Shown here in pieces: positions 8,849-15,528 of a stretch of 31,116 nucleotides of DNA. Numbering within the stretch: position 1 is the stretch's first letter; the number at the start of each line of letters is the position of its first letter. The translations under genes were made by a program, and so were the position numbers. The notes under the pieces are model-generated. The model was not told where the DNA came from, did no database searches, and saw only the letters and a list, made by a program, of their open reading frames with translations. The stretch comes from Candidatus Eiseniibacteriota bacterium. Its GTDB lineage: Bacteria > Chloroflexota > Dormibacteria > CF-121. Where the stretch lies: positions 1 to 31,116 of the forward strand of contig DASQAY010000059.1 in NCBI GenBank assembly GCA_035635515.1. The letters run 5' to 3'.

Positions 8849-9177
8849 GTCCCCACCGACTTGGACCACAGCGCCTGGAGCTCGTCGCGCAGGCGCGCCG
8901 CATCGGCATCCACCGCGCGAGCCCGTGCCACTATCACCACATCCCGTCCCGCCTGGGTGCGCTCGGCCATGGGCCGAACGAGTTCCCGCAGGCGTCGCTT
9001 GATCCGATTGCGAACTACGGCGTTCCCCAGCTTCCGGCTGACCGCGAATCCGACCCGGGGATGGCCGAGACCATTATTACCCACAAACAACGCCAGGTAA
9101 GCAGAGGAGGCGCTGGCCCGGCCGGCCAGGGCGCGATCGAACTCGCTACGCCGGACCAGTCGAGCCCGGCGCTTCAC
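8845..9177 (-). CDS. rnpA: Ribonuclease P protein component
   Basis: [25 protein letters not shown] (RNR motif) and DVVIVAR. GTG 9177 overlaps the rpmH stop. Confidence 0.95.
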   Translation of the reverse strand: MKRRARLVRRSEFDRALAGRASASSAYLALFVGNNGLGHPRVGFAVSRKLGNAVVRNRIKRRLRELVRPMAERTQAGRDVVIVARARAVDADAARLRDELQALWSKSVGT

Positions 9178-9326
9178 ACATACCGGCGAGCGGTCGGGGT
9201 GAGGACTTTGCGGCCCTTGAGCCGGCGAGACTTGAGGACGTTCTGGCCGCCCGGCGTCGCCATCCGGGCCCGAAACCCGTGGACGCGGCGCCGGTGTCGT
9301 TTTTTGGGTTGGAACGTTCGCTTCAT
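9174..9326 (-). CDS. rpmH: 50S ribosomal protein L34 (missed by the ORF track)
   Basis: Manual translation gives [50 protein letters not shown]. Confidence 0.97.
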   Translation of the reverse strand: MKRTFQPKKRHRRRVHGFRARMATPGGQNVLKSRRLKGRKVLTPTARRYV

Positions 9327-9349
9327 GGTGAGGGACCCCCGGGTCGGAC

Positions 9350-9355
9350 ATTATA
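9350..9355 (-). promoter_or_regulatory. -10 element TATAAT for the rpmH operon
   Basis: Perfect TATAAT on the minus strand, 23 nt upstream of the rpmH ATG. Confidence 0.65.
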
Positions 9356-9372
9356 CAGTCTGCCGACGGCAC
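9353..9372. repeat. Left arm of a 20-bp perfect inverted repeat (ATACAGTCTGCCGACGGCAC)
   Basis: Exact reverse complement of 11115-11134. Confidence 0.95.
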
Positions 9373-9403
9373 GATAAGCGGATCTGGGCTTCGAGTGGTC
9401 CTA

Positions 9404-9417
9404 TCTGCCGACGGCAC
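9404..9417. repeat. Third, 14-bp copy of the repeat core (TCTGCCGACGGCAC)
   Basis: Direct repeat of 9359-9372, 45 bp downstream. Confidence 0.9.
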
Positions 9418-9537
9418 CCTGCTTAGAACGACTTCCCGCATCTCCCTCTGACCGTCGCTTCCGCCTGCCCGAAACCTGTCGATTTCGCCTGCCCTCGTTC
9501 GACGCATCAGTACAACCAGGAATAGATGGGAGGGGAA

Positions 9538-11043
9538 ATGCGGTTGAAGAACGATGTGGCCGAGACGAATGAGGTGAAGTTCAGCAGGAGGAACAGCTCC
9601 CGGCCGGTCCGATCGGCCGACTCGCGTTGGCTGGCATTGATCATCCTGTGCACCGGCTTTCTGATGATCGTTCTCGACCAGACGATCGTGAACGTCGCAC
9701 TCCCCTCGATTAAGAGCGACCTCGGCTTCTCGCAGGCTGGCCTTGCCTGGGTCGTCAATGCCTACCTGATCGCCTATGGCGGTCTCTTGCTCCTGGCCGG
9801 CCGGCTGGGCGACCTGGTCGGTCGCAAGCGGATCTTCCTGATCGGGCTGGCGATGTTCACGTCGGCCTCCCTGTTGTGCGGGCTGTCGATCAGCCAGCCG
9901 ATGCTGGTGGCGGCGCGGTTTATCCAGGGGATCGGCGGCGCGGTGAGCACAGCCGTGATCCTGGGAATGGTCGTGACCATGTTTCCGGAGCCCGGGGAGC
10001 GCGCGCGGGCGATCGGCGTCTTCAGTTTTGTCGCCTCCGCGGGGGCCTCGATTGGCCTGCTGGCCGGCGGCTTCATCACCCAGGCGGTCAGCTGGCATTG
10101 GATCTTCTTCGTCAATCTGCCGATCGGGGTGGCCATCGCCGTGGTGGCATCGCGGTTGCTCGAGTCCGACCGCGGGATCGGGCTGGGCAACGGCGCCGAC
10201 GTGGTCGGCGCGCTCCTGGTCACGGCGGCGCTGATGCTGGGCGTTTATACGATTGTTGAGTCATCAACATACGGATTGGGTTCAGCGCACACACTCGGAT
10301 TCGGCGCGGTCGCGGTGGCGCTGCTCGCCGCCTTCGTCGTCCGCCAGGCGACGGCCCGCAACCCGCTGCTCCCGCTTCGCCTGTTTGGGTCCCGGAACTT
10401 CTCGGGTGCGAATGTGATCCAGGCCTCGATGGCCGCCGCCATGTTCGGGTTCTTCTTCCTTGGATCCCTCGACCTGCAGCGGGTGCTTCGCTACGGCCCG
10501 CTGGCGATCGGCCTCGCCTTCCTGCCGGTCGCCCTCGGGATGGGCGGGCTGTCGATCGGCGTCAGCGCCCGGCTGATCCTGCGATTTGGCGCCCACAGGG
10601 TGCTGCTGGCCGGGCTGGCCTTGATCACGGTGGCACTCGGACTGGTTGCGGCAGGGCCGGTCTACGACGAGTACCTGCGGGACCTGTTCGTCCCGATGGC
10701 GCTGCTCGGGATTGGCGCGGGGCTGGCCTTCCCGGCGCTGACCATCCTGGCCATGGCGCACACGACACCCAGCGACTCAGGGCTCGCCTCCGGACTGCTC
10801 AACACCACCGCGCAGGTCGGTGGCGCGCTCGGTCTCGCGGTCCTCGCCACGCTGTCGACGAGTCGGACCGGGCAATTGCTCGCGCAGGGCCAGGGGATCG
10901 CGGCCGCGCTGAGTGGGGGCTTCCACTCGGCCTGGGCGATCGGCGCCGGGATAGGACTCGCCTCGATCGTGCTGGCTGCCACCGTGCTGAAGCCCGCAGC
11001 CGAATCGGAGAGTTCGATCGCCGAAGAAGAAATTCCTGCCTAG
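9538..11043 (+). CDS. DHA2/EmrB-QacA-like 14-TM MFS efflux transporter
   Basis: Motif D1 (LDQTIVNVALPSI), WVVNAYL, motif A-like GRLGDLVGRKRIF, WHWIFFVNLPIG and ASGLLNTTAQVGGALG. Start ATG 9538 (GGAGG upstream) is preferred over 9526. Confidence 0.93.
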   Translation: MRLKNDVAETNEVKFSRRNSSRPVRSADSRWLALIILCTGFLMIVLDQTIVNVALPSIKSDLGFSQAGLAWVVNAYLIAYGGLLLLAGRLGDLVGRKRIFLIGLAMFTSASLLCGLSISQPMLVAARFIQGIGGAVSTAVILGMVVTMFPEPGERARAIGVFSFVASAGASIGLLAGGFITQAVSWHWIFFVNLPIGVAIAVVASRLLESDRGIGLGNGADVVGALLVTAALMLGVYTIVESSTYGLGSAHTLGFGAVAVALLAAFVVRQATARNPLLPLRLFGSRNFSGANVIQASMAAAMFGFFFLGSLDLQRVLRYGPLAIGLAFLPVALGMGGLSIGVSARLILRFGAHRVLLAGLALITVALGLVAAGPVYDEYLRDLFVPMALLGIGAGLAFPALTILAMAHTTPSDSGLASGLLNTTAQVGGALGLAVLATLSTSRTGQLLAQGQGIAAALSGGFHSAWAIGAGIGLASIVLAATVLKPAAESESSIAEEEIPA

Positions 11044-11114
11044 TAGGGACGAGTCGCTTTGGAATCGGCGAATCGTCGGGAGACCGGCCAGTCGAGTGAC
11101 CAGACCGGCTCGCT

Positions 11115-11134
11115 GTGCCGTCGGCAGACTGTAT
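11115..11134. repeat. Right arm of the 20-bp perfect inverted repeat (GTGCCGTCGGCAGACTGTAT)
   Basis: Exact reverse complement of 9353-9372. It ends immediately before the dnaA -35 hexamer. Confidence 0.95.
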
Positions 11135-11163
11135 TTGCACGCGCCCGTGGGCTTTGCTATGAT
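11135..11163 (+). promoter_or_regulatory. Sigma70/SigA-type dnaA promoter
   Basis: TTGCAC (11135-11140), a 17-bp spacer and TATGAT (11158-11163), with an extended -10 TG at 11155-11156. Confidence 0.75.
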
Positions 11164-11203
11164 GCCGCTGCCCTGGAGAGCTGCGGCACTCTCTAATCAC
11201 AAC

Positions 11204-11212
11204 TTATGCACA
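11204..11212 (+). promoter_or_regulatory. DnaA box TTATGCACA
   Basis: Matches TTATNCACA. Downstream of the dnaA promoter, consistent with known dnaA autoregulation. Confidence 0.8.
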
Positions 11213-11259
11213 TGGGGGTGGGGACACTCCCTTAGGGTTCTCCACTTCTGGGGAACACC

Positions 11260-11268
11260 TGTGAATAA
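11260..11268 (-). promoter_or_regulatory. DnaA box TTATTCACA (top strand TGTGAATAA)
   Basis: Matches TTATNCACA on the minus strand, in the dnaA leader. Confidence 0.8.
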
Positions 11269-11381
11269 GTCTCAATCCAGCAAGCCGCCCATGGGCCAAC
11301 GTTTCCGTCTTGCGTGGCCACTGCCCCGCCAGGTCGGGCTCCGCTCTCCACTGAAGGCGTGGACCGTTGGTGGAGGAGCGT

Positions 11382-12737
11382 ATGACCCCGGATCAGATTT
11401 GGCAAGCGGCGCAGGAAGAGCTTCGATTCCAGCTCAGTAAGCCCAGCTACGAGACCTGGCTCAAGAATGCCTCCCTGGTCGCCCAGGAGAAGAACGCCTT
11501 CCGGATCGGGGTCCCGACCAAGCTGGCCAAGGACTGGCTGGAAGACCGGTACTCCGCCGTCATCAAGGAAACCCTGTCCGCCCTGGTCAGCGGGGATGTC
11601 AGCGTGGCCTTCGAGGTGGTGGCCGGCACTCGCGAGGCCAGAAGTCACGGCGCCGACACCGCCGTGGCGGTCGCGGAGGAGCCGCCGGTCGAGGAGGTGA
11701 CGCTGGACGAGGCCTCCCAACTCAACCCCAAGTTCCAGTTCCAGACCTTCGTGGTCGGCAACAACTCGCGCTTCGCCCATGCGGCCTGCCGGGCCGTGGC
11801 GGAGTCCCCGGCCAAGGCCTACAACCCCCTCTTTCTTTACGGGGGAGTCGGGCTGGGCAAGACCCACTTGATGCACGCCATCGGCCACGCAGTCCTGGAG
11901 AAGTACAAGCGGCGCAAGGTGGCCTACGTCACCAGCGAGAAGTTCATGAACGAGATGATCACGTCGATCCAGGAAGGCAAGATGACCGACTTCCGTACCC
12001 GGTATCGGACCGTCGACGTCCTGCTGATTGACGACATCGCCTTCCTGGCTGGCAAGGACCGCACCCAGGAAGAGTTCTTCCACACCTTCAACTCGCTGCA
12101 CGAGCTGAACCGGCAAATCGTCATCTCCTCCGACCGCCCGCCCAAGGAAATCCCCACCCTGGAGGACCGCCTGCGCTCCCGGTTCGAGTGGGGCCTGATC
12201 GCGGACATCCAGCCGCCCGATTTTGAGACCCGGGTCGCCATCCTCAAATCCAAGGTGGGCCCTTACACCAAGCTAGTGCCGGAGGATGTGCTCGCCTTCA
12301 TGGCCCACAAGATTCAGCGGAACATCCGCGAACTGGAAGGGGCACTCATCCGGGTCGTCGCCCACGCCTCGCTCAACCACCAGCCGATCTCGCTGGAGCT
12401 GGCTACCAAGATCCTGCAGGACGTGATCCCCTCGGCCGAGTCCAAGACCCTCTCCATCGAGGCCATCTCGCGGACCGTGGCCAACTTCTACCACATCAGC
12501 CTCGAGGAGATGCGAGGCAAGCGCCGCGACAAGCACATCGTCTTCCCCCGCCAGGTGGCCATGTACCTGATCCGGGAGGAGACAGCGTCCTCCCTGCCGG
12601 CCATCGGCCAGGCCTTCGGCGGGCGCGACCACACAACCGTCTTGCATTCGTACGAGAAGATCTCGACCGAGGCCAAAGAGGATCCGCGGCTGCAGGCGGA
12701 CCTGCGCAAAATCCGCGAGGTCCTGTATTCCCACTGA
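11382..12737 (+). CDS. dnaA: Chromosomal replication initiator DnaA
   Basis: LNPKFQFQTFVVG, YNPLFLYGGVGLGKTHL, DVLLIDDI, LRSRFEWGL, NIRELEGAL and GGRDHTTVLHS. SD GGAGGAG precedes ATG 11382. Confidence 0.99.
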   Translation: MTPDQIWQAAQEELRFQLSKPSYETWLKNASLVAQEKNAFRIGVPTKLAKDWLEDRYSAVIKETLSALVSGDVSVAFEVVAGTREARSHGADTAVAVAEEPPVEEVTLDEASQLNPKFQFQTFVVGNNSRFAHAACRAVAESPAKAYNPLFLYGGVGLGKTHLMHAIGHAVLEKYKRRKVAYVTSEKFMNEMITSIQEGKMTDFRTRYRTVDVLLIDDIAFLAGKDRTQEEFFHTFNSLHELNRQIVISSDRPPKEIPTLEDRLRSRFEWGLIADIQPPDFETRVAILKSKVGPYTKLVPEDVLAFMAHKIQRNIRELEGALIRVVAHASLNHQPISLELATKILQDVIPSAESKTLSIEAISRTVANFYHISLEEMRGKRRDKHIVFPRQVAMYLIREETASSLPAIGQAFGGRDHTTVLHSYEKISTEAKEDPRLQADLRKIREVLYSH

Positions 12738-12953
12738 CGGGTGTGGAGAAGGAACAGGTATGGACGTGGATAGCCCGAGTGGGACCGTGGCTGTGGACCG
12801 GACACCACCGGAATGCACCCCTTTTCCCGCTATAATGAGGGCCGTTTTCAATACGAACGGAAGGGTTTTCCCCGCTGTGCACCGGCCTACGATTACGTCT
12901 ATTCAGAAGATAGCGTCTTCCTTGCCGTCAGCCGGTGTGGAGAAGGAGCAGCG
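12738..12953. other. oriC: Putative oriC unwinding region (dnaA-dnaN spacer)
   Basis: Contains TGTGGAGAA boxes at 12742-12750 and 12936-12944, degenerate boxes (CGTGGATAG 12765-12773, TGTGGACCG 12792-12800), a trio-like tract CTACGATTACGTCTATTC at 12887-12904 and TATAAT at 12831-12836. Confidence 0.75.
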
Positions 12954-14069
12954 ATGAGGGTCACGTGCTCCACGCAGAACCTCGGACAGGGACTGCACAT
13001 CGTCTCCCGAGCGGTCTCGTCACGCACCACACTGCCCATCCTGAATAACGTCCTGATGGAGGCCAGCCCAGGCAAGCTCCGGCTGACCGCCACCAACCTG
13101 GAAATCGGTATCAAGCAGGCAATTGAGGCCGAGGTCCAGGAGGAGGGCAGCATCACGGTTCCGGCTCGCCTCCTCACCGATTACGTCTCGGCTAATCCTG
13201 ATGCCTCCATTTCCATGACGCTGGACAAGAAGAACCAGTCTCTGAAGCTCAAGAGCGAGCACTTCGACGCCGATATCCGGGGCATCGATCCGGCGGACTT
13301 TCCTCCGGTCCCCAGCGGAACCGAGGGCCGGAAGGTGCAGCTGTCCCAGGCCGACCTGAAGGACGCCATTGAGCAGACTGTGATCGCTGCGTCGTCGGAC
13401 GAGGGCAGGCCCGTCCTCACCGGTGTCTACGCCCAGCTCAACGGCGGGCACGTGACCTTCGCGGCGACCGATGGCCACCGGCTGGCCGTGAAGACCCTGG
13501 CCGTCCCGGCGGACGGGCAGCAACCGGACACCATGGTCATCCCCGCCCGCGCCCTGGCCGAGCTGAGCCGCATCCTCAAGGGCGGCAGCGAGCAGGTGGA
13601 TCTGACGGTGGCCCCCCAGAAGAACCAGGTGTTCTTCAGGGCCGGCGAGGTGGAACTCATGAGCCGGCTGATCGAGGGCACCTATCCCAATTACAAGCAG
13701 GTCATCCCCAACGACACGACGACCACCATCACTCTCAAGACCCAGGATCTCCTAACCACCACGCGGGTGGTCTCGCTCTTTGCCCGCGACGCCGCCAACG
13801 TGGTCAAGTTCAAGGCCGAGGGCGGCAAGCTGACCCTCACCGCCAACACCAGCGAGGTGGGGCAGAACACCGCCGACGTGGAGGCGAAGATCGACGGCAA
13901 CGACCTGCAGGTGGCCTTCAACGCCAAGTACGTGCTGGACGTGCTGGGAATCATCGGGGCCGACGAGGTGACCCTGGGCTTTACCGGCCCGCTCAACCCC
14001 GGCATGATCAAGCCAGTGGGGAAAGACGATTACCTCTACATCATCATGCCGGTCAGGGTCGCGATGTAG
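12954..14069 (+). CDS. dnaN: DNA polymerase III beta sliding clamp
   Basis: VSRAVSSRTTLPILNNVL, ATNLEIGI, FAATDGHRLA, RLIEGTYPNYKQVIP, AFNAKYVLDVL and YIIMPVRV. SD AAGGAG. Confidence 0.99.
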   Translation: MRVTCSTQNLGQGLHIVSRAVSSRTTLPILNNVLMEASPGKLRLTATNLEIGIKQAIEAEVQEEGSITVPARLLTDYVSANPDASISMTLDKKNQSLKLKSEHFDADIRGIDPADFPPVPSGTEGRKVQLSQADLKDAIEQTVIAASSDEGRPVLTGVYAQLNGGHVTFAATDGHRLAVKTLAVPADGQQPDTMVIPARALAELSRILKGGSEQVDLTVAPQKNQVFFRAGEVELMSRLIEGTYPNYKQVIPNDTTTTITLKTQDLLTTTRVVSLFARDAANVVKFKAEGGKLTLTANTSEVGQNTADVEAKIDGNDLQVAFNAKYVLDVLGIIGADEVTLGFTGPLNPGMIKPVGKDDYLYIIMPVRVAM

Positions 14070-14111
14070 CCAGACCCCTTAAGGGTCGGGCTGAGCCCCA
14101 AGCCACCGGCG

Positions 14112-15242
14112 ATGTTCCTCTCCAACATCTCCCTCTTCGATTTCCGCAACTACCAGGAACTCAACCTCCCCCTCGAGCGGTCGGTCACAGTTCTCACCGG
14201 CGGCAACGCGCAAGGGAAGACCAACCTGGTGGAAGCGGTGGCCCTGGCGGCCCTGGCCCGCTCGCCGCGCACCCAGCAGACGGCCGAGTTGATCCGCTTC
14301 GGGCAACCGCAGGCGCGGGTGACGTGCCTGATCCAGCGGGAGGCGGGCATGGAGGAACTGGACATTCGGATCACCGCCGGCGGCCGCCCCGAGCAGGCGA
14401 GGACCAGCAAGCGGTTCCAGGTCAACGGACGGGCCCGATCGGCCACGGACATGGTGGGGGAACTGCGGGTGGTGCTCTTCTGGCCGGACGACCTGCAGCT
14501 GATCAAGGGACCGTCGGAGTTGCGGCGCCGTTTCCTGAACACGCTGCTGACCCAGCTGGAGCGCGAGCATGCCCGGGCCCTGACCGATTACCAGCACCTG
14601 CTGGAGCAGCGCAACGCGCTCCTGAAGGCGATCCGAGAGGGAAGCCAGTCCCCGACCGGCCTGGACTACTGGAGCGACGCGCTCGCCCGGGTGGGTGCGG
14701 CCATCATGGTCGAGCGGCAGCGCCGGGTGCTGGAGCTCCAGCCCCTGGCGGCGGCTTTCCACCGCGAACTGACCGACGACCGGGAGCACCTGGAGCTGCT
14801 CTACCGCCCCAGCGGGGCTCGGGTCGGAGAAGCGCCGCCGGACGCGGTGGCCGAGCAGTTGCGCACGGCCATGGCGCGCAGCCGCGACGAGGAAATTGGC
14901 CGTGGACAGACAGTTGTCGGACCGCAGCGGGATGATCTGGAAATGCGGCTCGACAGCCGGGAATCGCGCCTCTACGCCAGCCAGGGGCAGCAGCGGACGG
15001 CCATCCTCAGCCTGAAGCTGGCCGAGCTTCATTACCTGGCCGAGGCCACGGGGGAGCAGCCCGTCCTGCTACTGGACGATGTGATGTCGGAGCTGGACCA
15101 GTCCCGGCGCGAGCGGCTGCTTGCCGCCCTGGAGCCGGGGCCCCAGGCCATGATCACCGCCGCCGACCTGCATGATCTGCCGGGCAGCTTCCTGGAGCAG
15201 GCGGCCATCTTCCAGGTGGAAGCGGGGCGGGTGCATGCGTAG
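14112..15242 (+). CDS. recF: DNA replication/repair protein RecF
   Basis: FRNY, Walker A GGNAQGKTN, GPQRDDL, signature SQGQQRT and PVLLLDDVMSELD. Confidence 0.98.
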   Translation: MFLSNISLFDFRNYQELNLPLERSVTVLTGGNAQGKTNLVEAVALAALARSPRTQQTAELIRFGQPQARVTCLIQREAGMEELDIRITAGGRPEQARTSKRFQVNGRARSATDMVGELRVVLFWPDDLQLIKGPSELRRRFLNTLLTQLEREHARALTDYQHLLEQRNALLKAIREGSQSPTGLDYWSDALARVGAAIMVERQRRVLELQPLAAAFHRELTDDREHLELLYRPSGARVGEAPPDAVAEQLRTAMARSRDEEIGRGQTVVGPQRDDLEMRLDSRESRLYASQGQQRTAILSLKLAELHYLAEATGEQPVLLLDDVMSELDQSRRERLLAALEPGPQAMITAADLHDLPGSFLEQAAIFQVEAGRVHA

Positions 15243-15528
15243 TCTCAAGGACGCCTTGCCGGGGACGCTGCGCGGGCTTGGCATTGCCCGCCGGACGCGG
15301 GAGGCTCAGGCGCTCCTGCTCTGGGCAGAGGTGGTAGGTGAGCCGCTGGCCTCCGAGACCGAAGCGCTGCAGTTGCGCGGCAGCACCCTCTGGGTCCGGA
15401 CGAGTAGCGCGCCGCTGGCGCACCAGCTGCATATCGAGAAGCCCCGCTTGCTTCAGCTCCTGAACGACCGGATCGGTGCCACCGCGGTCCGCGACATCCG
15501 CTTTCGGCAAGGGATGCCCGGCCGATGA
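15235..15528 (+). CDS. dciA: DUF721/DciA-family protein
   Basis: WAEVVGEPLA...LWVRTSSAPLAHQL...IRFR pattern, in the canonical position after recF. ATG 15235 overlaps the recF end. Confidence 0.8.
   Translation: MRSLKDALPGTLRGLGIARRTREAQALLLWAEVVGEPLASETEALQLRGSTLWVRTSSAPLAHQLHIEKPRLLQLLNDRIGATAVRDIRFRQGMPGR

Noticed and set aside
9462-9494. CGCCTGCCC direct repeat upstream of the MFS gene
   Set aside because: A 9-bp GC-rich pair is expected by chance, and no promoter consensus could be tied to it.
8845-10098. 417-aa ORF that looks like an extended RnpA
   Set aside because: Only the last 110 codons are RnpA. The rest overlaps rpmH, its promoter and the antisense of the MFS gene.
9353-11134. 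Inverted repeats as the ends of an IS element or transposon
   Set aside because: No transposase is enclosed and no target-site duplication is visible beyond an uninformative TT. Kept as a finding but not called a mobile element.
14073-14098. Palindromes CCCTTAAGGG and GGGCTGAGCCC between dnaN and recF
   Set aside because: Short, no U-tract, and not repeated elsewhere in the window; cannot be distinguished from chance.
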